Below, piece after piece: positions 13,546-27,045 of a DNA stretch of 64,000 nt. Both the position numbers and the translations under genes were made by a program. The notes under the pieces are model-generated. The model ran no database searches, had not been told where the DNA came from, and was given only the letters and a program-made list of their open reading frames with translations. The stretch's first letter is position 1. Every line of letters begins with the position of its first letter. Source of the DNA: Fimbriosthenelais zetlandica (Eukaryota); contig OZ365110.1 in assembly GCA_977030845.1 (NCBI GenBank), forward strand, positions 52,266,001-52,330,000, given 5' to 3'.

Positions 13546-14936
13546 CGTCAAGTGCTCGTGGACATACTTCAGCTTATCCTCTCTCTGTTTTTCTCGTCTC
13601 TCCCCACTTTTCTCCTATATACACGTTAACATTTTTGGGCATGACAATCGTCACCCCCACCCCTGCTAAAGGACCAGGTTACTTCTCTTCTCCTGTGCTC
13701 TCCTTCAGTTCTCGTCCACTTTTCTCTTTCATTTCCGTCAGACATTTCTCACTAGTCCTCCCCTCTATCTCACTCAGCAGGGAGTTCCATGAATATACCT
13801 CCACCTACCAACACCCTCCCACCCACACCCACTATCATTTACATTCATCTCAGGCTCTCCATTCCTCTCCACCCTATCTCACAATGCATATTTAGAAACC
13901 TAAACATTCAGGCCCGAGTAGAAGATCGTAAAAAGGCAATACTGTAGGAAACATATCATGGGTTATATATTAAAAAGATGTTTACCACATCCATCTCGAG
14001 TAATGAACAGTCGAGATCTCCCTTAATCAGGCCATGTAAAATGTAAAATATAAAACCCAATGTTTTATAACAAAATACTATTTCAATGAGAGGAAATTAT
14101 TTCTATGGATTCTACCAAACATTAATATCCTTTAATTCTCCATTTATTTCATCCAGAATAATGCCAACAAACGTTTATTGATCTATTCACCCATCCCCAA
14201 TTCATCTATCTGTAGAATAATCTGTACCATAACAATATTTAACCATAATAGGTGATAATACTGTCATTTCATACACATTTCCACCTCATACTTTTTCGGA
14301 GAATTTAATTTAGTTTGTAAAAATAGCCTCTCACCAATCTTTTGGTAGAAGGCAGACTTGAGAGAAAGTGCTGATGGCAAAGGATAGAGCACTTCTTCAG
14401 AATGCTTCACGCCTGCAATTATTGTGACAGATCTGAGACAAATGATAGGTAGAGTAGGACATTTGGCCCTGAGGGCTGTCTCCGTGACCCGTCTCTCCCT
14501 GCCATTTCTCTATCATCTCTAAAGACCAGCTTGGTGCCCGATGAAAACTACCCTTCCAAAAATCGATCTTCATCTGCATTTGATTAATGGAGAGTACATG
14601 GCCTCTCTGTTAGACTTGCTTACTTTTTCCCCATCCGTCCTTGATATATTCATTTATAATGCATGCAGGGCTTGACAACAATCCCGCTCAGTGCAATTTA
14701 AAATTCAACACAACCGTTAGAAAAATATAGAGAAATACAAAGATATTTCCAATGATATGTCTGACCTTATAAGGTAGTAGTATAAGGTAAAAAAAATAGT
14801 CAGCAATGATCCTCATGATCTTCTAATGGAAATGGAATACTTGTATTGGTATTATGACTGACTGACTTTTTGAGGTCATTGTTCTCAGTCAGTAGGATGT
14901 GTATTTTCAATCCTCATCGGGCTACAGTTATATGAG

Positions 14937-15235
14937 GAGGGGAGTTAGCTCAGTTGGTTAGAGCGCCAGCTCACACAGGGTGGTTGACCAATGATCGAAG
15001 GGTCAGCGGTTCAATCCCCGAGCTGTCCAAGGCATTTCCAATGCCTCCCTCCTCAGGGTGTTGGTGTACATATGTTCTAGAGCACATGCACATAGAAATA
15101 TCCATTGCGCAGAAGGCAATGTAGTAATGCACTTAGAAAGAGCCCCCAGTTGAAAATCATACGAAAACTTGAGTAATCAAGAGTGTGAGCTGGTATTCAC
15201 CCATAACAGACTCTATAAAAATTCTAACAAAAAAA
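14937..15235 (+). mobile_element. tRNA-derived SINE family 1, full-length copy
   Basis: A-box TAGCTCAGTTGG, B-box GGTTCAATCCC, collinear with 13247-13545, A tail. Confidence 0.88.
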
Positions 15236-18200
15236 TATATATATAATATGAGCGATGTATGAAAATACTTTAAAGCCTGCTCTAAGATAATGCTTTCAGA
15301 TAGTGTAACATTTCAAGGTGGATGTATTGTTGCCAAGTCTTCTCCTTAAAGGTTCTTTCCTAATAAGAAAAACCATAAGTGTGTAACCAAAATACTGATT
15401 GAATCAATTTTAAAAGCCAATACAGCATGATGCCTCCATAATGGGCCCTTAAAGAGGTATAGAGATCACCAGCAGTTAGGTGAAATGATGCATTCATTGC
15501 TTGGAGCTCTGTAAGCCATTTTCAAGCAGGAATAATAGCATTAAAGCAGTACATGGCATGCGCTGTCATATCCCTGACTGAAAGTCATTAATTCACCTCC
15601 CCTCCTTCTACGTATCTAAGTCATGCTTTGCAATTTTAAAGCCATGCCTCTTATTTTGAATTGCCACATGGTTAATGGTTATTTGACCTCAATGAATATT
15701 CCACCCATGTATATTGCCTGTAGTAAGGTTTGACTAATCACTGGGTAATAGTACCGTGTTGTCATTGGGGAATAAAAGAACTGCCTCTCACTTGAATCTA
15801 GGTTTATATATCTGGAGGGGGTAATGCTGAACATTTGAAGGGCTTTCAACTTTCCCATCACAACATTAATTGCTTTTAATTTCTTGAAAAGAAATCTAAA
15901 AACAAACTTGTTGCACTGAAATCTCCCCTCACAGATTATGATGCTGGCAATCCTTTTGTTATGAATGCTTCGTATAACAATGAGATCGTTAATAAAAACA
16001 CTCTGTTTGTAAATTAAATCTTGTAAAGCATATATGTAGACTCATAAATACAGAGATTTGTGCAGAACCACTGTACTTTTCTAGCAGCTAAAAACACGCC
16101 AGACTCCATGTAATCATCTCATGCAAACAGCTCCTCCATCACCACCCTGCAAAACTAAAAAAAAAAACAGGCCAAGTAGTCCCACCAAGCCTCTGATCTC
16201 TGTCCACTATTCTTCTAATCCTGTTCATCAATTATTTGATCTGCAGGAATGATTTCAAGCCTTTAAATCGTCGAATTTGGGCGGGTTTTGCTCCCCAAGT
16301 AGTGACAAATCTGACACAGGATGTTGAACGTGTCATCGGTTTGTTTTTTGTTGTCTAGAAGCAGTAATGTTCAGGAGGATTTCCTTTTTCAGGCTCGTGC
16401 CTCTCAATACATCTTGTCTCTTCATAGACGCTATGTGGACAAACACGTCTTGGCTTAATCTGGGTTGTTCTCAACAAGCTGCACTGTCACCAACGCTACC
16501 AATGTCCTCACCCAAGCAACAGCAGCATGGTGCTGGGTATCCCACATTCAACAAGCCAACTTTATACAAGGACTTATTCATGAGAAAAGCTTCTAAAGCT
16601 GGGAAGGTGGGTGAATAGAGGTGGTGATGATGGCTTTAGCTTTGGGGTATTTTGTCTCTGAGAGCCTGAGCTTGAGCCGTGATATAGGAAGGCAAGCTTG
16701 GTATTTGGGAAGCAATGCAGCACTTTAGATGATACATGGGGCTGCACCTGTTAATCCAACTGATAATATGTACTATCTGTACAGTAGCTTTAAGGCTTGA
16801 AGCTAAGATTAATTGTAATGTATAGCAGAATATGGCATTGATCAATAAAATCATATAGGTGTCTGTAATCTGTGAAACAATCAATTGCCAATGTAACAGG
16901 ATTAAATCCTTCTCTGATTATACATGTAGTCCCAGCTGCCAGCTGGTTGGGTTATGGATGCAAATACAATAAACTGAGAGCGTAAAGAAAAGGATACGAT
17001 TAAATCTCTGATATAACAATAGTAAGAAGTATGACCTCGTTGAGATTGTGGTATTGCCTTAGTATGTAGTCCAAATTACAGCAGTGTTTTTAGAGAATCC
17101 TTGACAACCAACACGAAGAACATTAACTCTGACATTTACACCGACCGACAAAGTTAGCTGGAAAATGCTGACAGCATCTCACCAGTTTTTTTCAACGTTT
17201 CATCCACAGACACGAATTAGCTTGAAGTTACAGCATCGAAGGCCAAGGAAAAAATATTCCCATTTGGCGTGACTTGTTGTAATAAAAGGCCAGTTTAGGT
17301 TTAGGCCTTATTAGTGGATGACTTCTTTGTGAGATCCTAGAAACAAACAATAATTGTCAGATGCCTAGACAGAGATAATGGGTGTCATTCTTGGGGAAAT
17401 TATCATGTTAGAAATGGAGACGGTGGAGAAATAAGATGTTTAGTGGTTTGGTAGTGGTTTGTGGCGGTTACAGGGGGAATCTAATAAACCGGATCTTTAT
17501 TCATAGATCAAGGTAGGAATCCTTACTCTTCCTCCCACCCAGTCATCAGTCAGGCTTATCTTAGACCCCGGATCCACTATACATCCACTATTATCCAGAT
17601 CAATTTTGAATTTTTAATTTAATCTCTATATACTTTTTTATGTTTACAAGTCAGTTTTTAATTATCTTGTCATAATTTCGTCCTGTGATAAATTGGCTTC
17701 AATTGTTGTTTGATAACTATTACCTAATACTTGCTGATGCCATGCCTTATTATCACTGATGTCTGCTCATCATGGGATCAGTACAGTCATAATCTAAAAT
17801 TAAGATATAAAACTGACCATAACCCACAACTGAAAACCACAAGCATGGTTTTTATACACACTAATGAGCCACATAGTGGTTCTGTACCATATAACACATG
17901 GGCTTCTCTTCCCATTGAAGTTTCCTATTTATATGGTAAGTAGGAAGAAGAGCAGGTATCCCAATATTGCTGACATTCTAGCACTATTACAATCATAACA
18001 TAAGCGACCTGGCGGGAGCAGTGTCTGTCTGTATTCCTCTGGAGCTTATATGAATCACCGGAACAAATAGCATGTAGAAAATTTCAACTTCCGTGGAGCA
18101 GATCAGTGATGGGTCGATTTAAACGATTCCACTCATTGATAGAAAACAATAGTGCTATAGGCTCATTTTATGAAATATATGCATGCAACTTTTTATGTCT

Positions 18201-20572
18201 CACCCTAGTTAAACGACTAATCTTCATTACATTGTTTTCAATGGGGGTTTTCCATGAACATTCATTTACTGGAATTCACTAAAATGTTCCAGACTTTGTA
18301 CAATTTAACTTCACCTTCCAACTACAGAAATGGAGTGAAGTGTAATGCTGTGATCAAACCCCTTGATTGACCTTCTATTCTCCCATTCCAGCAATCACAT
18401 GTTTATGGTGAACACTCATCTTTTATGGGCTGTGATAATGCCTGGATGCCTTATTTAATAAAAGCACAGATAGATTATGTTAAGTACTTAATCATGTCAC
18501 ACACTCTACTCAGAAATCAATATAGCTGGAGTTGGAGTTAATCACGGGTGGTTTGCTTTGCATGGCTGGACTCGGACAATCCATCATTTTGCCCCACTGA
18601 TCAGCCTCCAGTGTCAGCCTCTAACATATGGTATCATTATATGTACAGGAAAAAGGCAGGTCTCACATGAAAAGTTCATTAATCATGACTTATAGTCATA
18701 CAGGCTCCCATTGAATTGTATTTCTCTGGATGAGTAGAGATATATCAATCCACTTCCTGGACGATTGGAATATCAAAAAGCTCTGTATATATGGGATATA
18801 GATCATTTGATTAAAAACCCATATTTCTGAGACATGCAGTAGAGGAATGTTTTAAATTATTTCATTTGATATAATTATCATTAATGAACGGACTTAGCTC
18901 GATCAGCAGGAATTTATTCCTAATTGCCAAGAGTGGATGTATCCTAAAGACTTGACATAATGGTAACCATTGATCTCAGGAGGGTAATATGAAGTCAGAA
19001 TGATTTATTACCTTTGCTATAATTGTATTTGTAAATTGCTTGTCCCATTTTAAAGATACGGGACAAGGACTGCTTCCACATAAATGATTTTATTTTAATT
19101 TAGAACTGTATATTCAATAATTGTAGAATTGTATGGAACGGTATATTAACCAAAACTTGTATTATAAGCCTCAGCTGATCATTGCATACTTTTCGCTTGG
19201 AGTTTATAATCATAACACACCTAAACAAATACCAACACAGAGCCATGGTATTAAACACTGGCATTATACATTCATGAATAATTTAAAGGATTTTATGTGT
19301 TGAACAAATATTTTATCAGTCACTTTCCAGATGTATGTCAGAGCCACGGTACAAGTGCTTTATATGCCGAGTCCGCAGACAACTCATGACCAGAGAATTG
19401 AAAGTCAAATCCTTAAGTTACACAATGGATCAATTTGTGTCATTTCAGGCTTGACTGCATGAGATATCCTGATACTAAGGTCACTTCTATAGACTAGTAC
19501 TACCTGCAGCAGCCATTCCATGTTGTCTTTTGTAACAATGATCATCTTATCACCCAGACCAACTGCACATTAAAAAGATAGTCCGACAAGTTGTGAATGG
19601 CCTTATTTTGCAGGTGGCAGAGGTGGGCAGGGTAAGGATTTATTGACTAAGCCTTTGCCACAGGAACGCAGGAGAAAGTCGTCGAGAACCAGGACAGCAA
19701 GAGGAAGCCTTGTAACTTGCGGTCAGCCTTATATAGTTGAGATAAGGCTACAGGGAATGACCTTTGTCTTGCTAAAAGTGGGGATTCCACCATGGTGACG
19801 GGGACCTTGGTTACTGTTGCTTTATGTCCCAGGTCCCTGGATACACCGGAAGTAGCAGCATCTGGCTTATCACGTGGTCTGAGATCTCATACATTAATAA
19901 GTCACCATCCTAATAGGGCTCCTGCAAAAGATTCAGATGTTAGACAATTTAAGAAATACTTAAATGACCTGCAAATATTTGCATTTGCATTGTCATAGCA
20001 GAAATAATGTGTGGTGAGGATGACAAGATCTTCAGCTGCATTCACTTGCATTGACCTTGGTACAGTCTGACTAGACGTATAGATTTATTGCCTCAATGTG
20101 TATTTAAGCAGGTGTCAATTTGCCATCTAGCCTGAAACTTGAGCTTCACAATTGATATGCATATAAGCTTTTGTTGAGATAATCCATATATATTGACAAT
20201 ATTGGGTTTGGAAAGCATTTTCATGACTGGAAAGAATTAAATTCCAGTAGACTGGTGAATGTTTAATAAATGAAAGGGAAGAAGGGAATTAGATATTGGA
20301 CATAGTGTCTGGGGTGTAAAAGCAAGTAGGGCCTACTATGTATGTGCACAAAGGGATCCTTGCGTAATGACAGTAAAACCGCACTAAAGTTCAGGCCGTA
20401 CCCCTTAGTCATCTATATTTCAAGCAAAGTTCCACACCCTTAACTCCCATTCTAAGGTCCTGATGTGATTACGTCGAGATTTCATGCTTTGTTACAAGGT
20501 CATTATTCATTTTCATATGAAACTCCAAAAAATAGTATTCTCTGGTAGAAGTGAATTCCCTGAAAACCGTCC

Positions 20573-20619
20573 CAGATAAAGCAGTCTCGCGCCTCTCAGA
20601 TAAAGCAGTCTCGCGCCTC
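20573..20619. repeat. 24-bp tandem duplication
   Basis: CAGATAAAGCAGTCTCGCGCCTC occurs twice with period 24. Confidence 0.85.
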
Positions 20620-21204
20620 CCATACTTGCTAAGCAAGTTAAGCCCCCTTTCATATATCACTCACATATAATATGATTTGAAATATCAATCAACAATTGAT
20701 TTATTCCGGGTCATCAATATCAAGGCGGACAGAATGATTATTCAACTGGACGTTTTGGTCAGCCACGAGTAAGGGTACTTAGTTTAACCTCAGTATATTG
20801 AATAATATTGAACCATCCTAATTGATCATACCGAGTATAAATATTGTTCTCCAAGGACATTTACCATATATAGCCATACAAAGTCAACACCGTCAATTAC
20901 AGAAATATTGTATTATGATAACCAATTTTGGTCAGTTTTCGCTTTATATGGCATGACTCATATCATGTACTCATCCTTTTGCGAGCTAACGTCAGGATTT
21001 ATGCTCTCCTACTAATGGATATGATCGAGTAATCATATTTGGGGGCAGAGCCCCGTGTCTGCCTTATGGAGAGATTATGTTGGACTTGATGCATATATAC
21101 TGTCTGCTGACAGCTTAGAGTGACTGTTACTATGATGTAACGGTTCATCATGTATAACCAGGGCAACAAGCTATATAATAATGGTTGCTGAATGATATTT
21201 ATTT

Positions 21205-21521
21205 TTATTTGTTTTAGTTAGAATGTTTTAAAGAGCCATATTATTGGTGAAGCCAGCTCACACTCTTGATGATTCAAGTTTTACGTATGATTTTCAGCTG
21301 GGGGGCTCTTTATCTACGTGCACATCTACATTGCCTTCTGTGCAATGGATATTTCTAGGTGCATGTGATCTAGAACTTATGTACAACACACCAACACCCT
21401 GAGGAGGGAGGCATTGGAAATGCCTTGGACAGCTCGGGGGATTGAACCGCCGATCCTTCGATCATTGGTCAATCACCCTGTATGAGCTGACGCTCTAACC
21501 AACTCAGCTAACTCCCCTCCC
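21205..21521 (-). mobile_element. tRNA-derived SINE family 1, full-length copy (tail variant)
   Basis: Reverse complement of the same head and body. The tail variant GCTGGCTTCACCAATAATA is shared with 62691-62783. Confidence 0.88.
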
Positions 21522-23160
21522 ACTATATATTATGATAAGTTGCCTTCCGCCTCAATTTTATATTCACTGTGATGTACATTGAAGGTATCCATTGAAACAT
21601 GTTTATAATTGTTAAAAAGTACCTGTACAGACCAGGATTAAACCAATGATCTTTTGTCTTATAGTCGATTCTCTCTGGCTATAATATAAGCTTGCTCCCC
21701 GCGCCACCATATAGAAAAGCCGGGGCTATTAAGTGATATAAACCCCTCCTAGTTGTAAATAATGAAGGCTTCTATAGATGGCTGTAGTTCACATCATCCC
21801 CAGACTCACAAATGACCGGACACCAGCCATGGGAGCAGGCGAGTGGTCAAGCCAGGCTAATTGGTAGGAAAGTGGTCACTCAGAGTGTGCAGGGTAAAGT
21901 GGTCTTCATCATCACATGGACAGTGGTGAATTGTAGCTACTGCACTCTCTATCTCAGTCTCTTAGCTCTTATCAAGCCACCTATGGGGTCTGCTTTAAAC
22001 CACACCATTATCGCCAGGCCTTAGAACCGTCGACCAGAGTGTGTTGTGATGGGATAGACGACTCTTTTTCCCGTGTAAATGCATTGTTAAAAAGAAATGG
22101 TAGAGACCAATTGCATAGGACCCATCTGACGACCTTAGTTAGACCTGTTCTTCTGAGGTCAATTAGAAAGTGAGTATCAGGAGCCCATTTCAAAAGAAAA
22201 ATTAGCAATGCTAAGTCTATGGCTAATTTTTGTTTTGAAATGGGTTCAAGGAGTCAAGTTTGAAGGTTAAGGCGTAAGACAAACGGGCTCATGTTAGGCT
22301 TGTTAGGATGGATGTTGTCCAGTAAATTTATTTTCAAACATACTCTTAACCATCTGTCACTTATTCCATCGATGGGTTATCATTTTAATTATGTTCCAAG
22401 TTAGCGAAATACGGAGATGCTCTGAGTCCCATGTATTCCAACTATATATGTATATCGGTCCGACCTATATAGAAGCCTTGCTAGAAGCCTCTTGACAGTT
22501 GCTATACCGGGAAGGTCATGCTCCCTCAGGATAAAAAGAAATAAAGAGTACTGGACATGTGGAATTACAGATGTAATTTAGCCATTTAGTTAATGGACCA
22601 GTGACTGATGTACTCCCGTGTCGCCAGGATATCTGCCTCATTTTCTTTATCAGAGTATACGGAGAGAAAGGGGCCGACACATGCAGCAGTCAAACTTGAA
22701 AAACCATTCACAGCTTTTAAACACATTAAACTGGCTAAATTAAATGTACGTATAAAGAATATTCTGTATATGCATGGATATCCTAAGCAGAAATTTGGGA
22801 GTATTTTGGGAGTCTGGTGGGGTATTTTTAGTAGTATAAGGTTGCTGTATTATAGGTCTGGTTATACTATTGGAGTACAAGGTGTATACATTATGATGTA
22901 GAACATCCTACCTAGCTGCATGTTTACTTTCACATCACCCCTACTATAGAGAGTTCCTGTTTCAGGATCTGGCGTCAATCAATAGCCTGAACCAGGTATG
23001 CACATGGGAACTCAGTCTACACTGTGTCAATACTAACATAATATTATAGTAAATTTACCCTCAATCCACTGTATCAATACCTTTATTACAGCCAGTCAAA
23101 CTGTTTCGCACATAAGACTTCAAGTCGTTCACTACGCTGCTCACTACGTTGCTTACTTTA

Positions 23161-23357
23161 GGCCACATTTTTTTTATTGTTTTATCTTCCGACCTCCGAA
23201 GTTTAAAAATGTTTATATCATGGACCTACACATCAATGGTTTTTAGCAGTTTATATATACTTTTAATGAAGATTTTAAAAAAAAATTTTTTCCCGCCCGC
23301 CCCCAAAATATTTAGACCTATTTTGTCCGCGAACCAAACAATTAAAAAAATGTGGCC
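23161..23357. mobile_element. PIF/Harbinger-type MITE family C (197 bp)
   Basis: TIR GGCCACATTTTTTT...AAAAAAATGTGGCC with a perfect TTA target-site duplication (23158-60, 23358-60). Its right part recurs at 48556-48628. Confidence 0.9.
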
Positions 23358-24329
23358 TTATGTTGGTTTTTACGTCGGTCACTATGTTGCTTACTTTATG
23401 TCGGTTTTCATTTGAAACCACTGATATACTTTTAGTAGTATTTAACAGAGGGCCTTTTATCACTTCTAAAATTGCTTAACGACAAAGGCTCCAGCTGTTT
23501 TCTTCATCTCTCCATCGCCACCTCCATCCACCTCCTCCTCTCCCTCTAGGCTTGATCAATGCCATGCCAGTGCCTGATTCATTTTCAATTTTTGTCCCGT
23601 ATTCCTACAGTAATTAAGATTGCGCTCAAACAATCACCCTATGATGGGCCCTGAGGGGGTTAGAGATATTCCCTGCTAACATTAAAAGGGCACCCAAGGC
23701 GCTCAGTTCCCATTCCTTTCCAAGCTAAAATCAATCTTGCATTAGCTGACAATGTGGACCACTCTAAATATCTTGGTTCAATAAGGTGTCTCTCCTTTTT
23801 GTTATGACTCCATTGATCTTTTAAAAGTTCCCTTCTGGCCTCCGAAATGTAATGCTTGCAAATTGGCGACTAGATGGTTAACAGGGTGTTGATAACATTA
23901 CTGCTAATCCAGAAAACCCGGAATGATTTCACGTGGGATGTCTATTTCCCAATATTCATCTAAAGTAGCCCCCACCCCCTCCCCAGCCATGTAAATGTTG
24001 CATGGAGACGCCTTCTCATACAACTAATTAGCAACCAAAAATAATGGGATCCTGAATAAAGAGCCATATAGTATTGGATGGATACTAGTTAAAATGGCCG
24101 CCCAGCTTATTCTCATGAGGTTATTAATGCTTGCTTTATATCCAACTGTTAAATACAATTGAATGGCGGCTATAAGAGAATGACTAATGCAATAGGCAGA
24201 ATACCATGGAATAGCCACATACACTGTGCCCCGTGAGCCTATGACCCTTATATGCCGCTGTATAAACATCCTAAATTAAAAAAAAAAATCTAGCATTGCT
24301 AACCTGACAGCAACCACCGTACATAGAGG

Positions 24330-24628
24330 TCTATCTGGTTTAAACTTGCATGTTGCTATCTAGAGTATAGTGCGGTACCCATCTTTTGTCTTTGTGAGCG
24401 TCATTTGGGCTTCCCAGCAGCAATTTCCTGCTCTTTCACCAATGAATCTGTTCTTTTTGTGAGCAGTGAGAGGAATCTAGTACACAACCTTTGAAGAGTT
24501 GTGATCTATTCCCGGGCACAGACGCGAGGTGGGGAAAACCAAGAAATCTGCCTGAGGCCAGACAACTGTTTGAACTCCAGACCTTTGAGCTTGGAGTTGA
24601 TGTACTTGCCAAATGAGCTAAGTTACTC
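24330..24628 (-). mobile_element. Probable second tRNA-derived SINE family (single copy here)
   Basis: The minus strand starts GAGTAACTTAGCTCATTTGGCAAGTAC (A-box) ... GGTCTGGAGTTCAAAC (B-box-like), followed by a body unrelated to family 1. The 3' boundary is uncertain. Confidence 0.5.
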
Positions 24629-26515
24629 TAAATCCTCCATAGACAGTGCTGATACATCCAAACTCGGATAGCAGCAACTACGTGTGTATTTACACGTATA
24701 TATATATGAAAGGATATTTTTGCTCAAACCAATATTTTCTCTGACAAATACCCAATTTCATATATAATTTCTGTTACCAGTTGGGACTTTTCGGCGTTGT
24801 GATTCAGGATTGGTATAATCTGATCCACTAACCCACATGGCACTCGCCAGAATAAACAGGCTCAGAAAACTGATGGGAAATACAAATTGAATAAATTATA
24901 ATATATTAAAACATGATAAAATATATTTTTCTTAGATATAAAGTCATGTCTCATGGTTGAAAACAACTATAGTGCTTATAGGTTCTCAGACACTCCAGCC
25001 TAAGGGATTAATATCATTTACTATGAATTATTGATAGAAAATTATTAGACGCCAGCATCAATAAGCCAGCCAATACATAACAAGGCGGCATACATTTTGA
25101 CTCTTATCGATTATAAGAAAAATGTATGATCCTATAAATATTTTCTTGAGGCTGACAAGAATTGGACATCATTCGATTAGTTTCCAAGTGGCTGGCAGCA
25201 ACAAGAGTAAAAGATTACTTGGCATTTCTATTTAAATTTGAGTAATGAGAAGCAGTATATTTGACAAAGGGAAGAGGCCTTGCCAGAAGCAGTGGCAGCA
25301 ACCAAAAGATCTATGTCAAACAGGATTCAATTGAAAAATCATCCTTACAAATAAATCCAGATCCCGTTTCATTAGTTCGGAATTGATTAACGCTGAACAA
25401 TACTGTTATGCAAAATAGGACAAAACAGCCTCGAAATTGAAACTGAATTATTCCGAGGGCATGCACTTCAAATATTTGAATTAATGACTTTCTGTAGAAA
25501 GTATAGCATTACAGAGTGCATCACAAATCCATGTATCAACCATAATATTATAGTAAATGTAGGCGTATGGTCTGTGGTTTGGTTTCATCTTAAAAACAAT
25601 CAGGATCGGATTAAAAAAGCTAATCCATGCCATTGTGAAGAGATTTATGGCACCATTTCTAATCGGGAACTAGGTCGGCCTTAAGCTGTCAATTATGTAG
25701 GCATATTAGTGAAATTTAATATATAATATCGGATCCTGTGTTATGTATATTGGTTGGGAATTAATTTTGTATAATATTGCATGTTTATTGCACAACATGT
25801 TACTTCTGAGACTTACAAGTTACAGAAAAAACACACTGCTTATGGTCAAAGTTATTGTTTCTAAATATATAAAAGCTATAATGCTGGATTGCAAAACAGA
25901 ATTAGAGAGCAGACGGAAAGACAAACGCTTTCCTGCACATAATGACATGAAAGTTAATATGAAACACAGAGAAATCCTTTGGATTAACATCTACACGGCT
26001 CTTAATGCTTGGTCTTTAGTCAACCATATATAAAGTGCACCTTTCAATACATTGTAATCGCGCTATATATTTATCATATGAAGCCTTAGACCTGATTTGC
26101 AATAGCAAGGAAAATTGGATCAATAAATTGATAGTAATTTTGCTCAGTGCATACTATCTCCACCTGATTAATCAGAACCTCCTGGTCCCTAGATCAGGCA
26201 AGGTGTGCTTGAGTAGGACTAAGAGGAGTTAATAGGTAAACCATTGAAACCAGCTTACTATGTTACTATATTAAACCGTTCAATGACATCCATCTGGTAT
26301 CAGTGACTAGTCTGTCCTTGAATCCAGATCTTATCCAGCCAGTAATGCGTTACTAATACCTGCAGGACATTGCTCTGTTTGATAGTTTCCCTTACCTTAT
26401 ATACAGTATGCTATCTAAGTCATAGTGCAGGAGTCCACTTTCTAGCTGGCCCAAGTTTCCAATTTCTTTCAGTAATAATGAGAAGGAATACAGTAAGGTA
26501 GGCCACATATATTAT

Positions 26516-27045
26516 AGTGACAAAATTCTGTGGCAGCTCGGCTTACATTGGGTCCCTTTTAGTGACATCATTCTGTGGCAGCTGGGCCTACACTAGCTCA
26601 CATTTTAGCTTACAGTCTATTAATTTAGTGACAACATTCTGTGGCAGCTGGGCCTACACTAGCTCACATTTTAGCTTACAGTCTATTAATTTAGTGACAT
26701 CATTCTGTGGCAGCTGGGCCTACACTAGGTCACATTTTAGCTTACAGTCTATTAATTTAGTGACAACATTCTGTGGCAGCTGACAGCTGGGCCTACACTA
26801 GGTCACATTTTAGCTTACAGTCTATTAATTTAGTGACAACATTCTGTGGCAGCTGACAGCTGGGCCTACACTAGGTCACATTTTAGCTTACAGTCTATTA
26901 ATTTAGTGACAACATTCTGTGGCAGCTGACAGCTGGGCCTACACTAGGTCACATTTTAGCTTACAGTCTATTAATTTAGTGACAACATTCTGTGGCAGCT
27001 GACAGCTGGGCCTACACTAGGTCACATTCAGTGGTAACATTCTCT
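26516..27045. repeat. Tandem array of 66/73-bp units (~7-8 copies)
   Basis: TAGTGAC starts at 26560, 26626, 26692, 26758, 26831, 26904 and 26977 (periods 66,66,66,73,73,73). Confidence 0.95.

Noticed and set aside
26516-27045. CRISPR-like array or 88-aa repeat protein (ORF 26517-26783)
   Set aside because: The units are contiguous with no unique spacers, the context is eukaryotic, and the 73-bp units break the frame.
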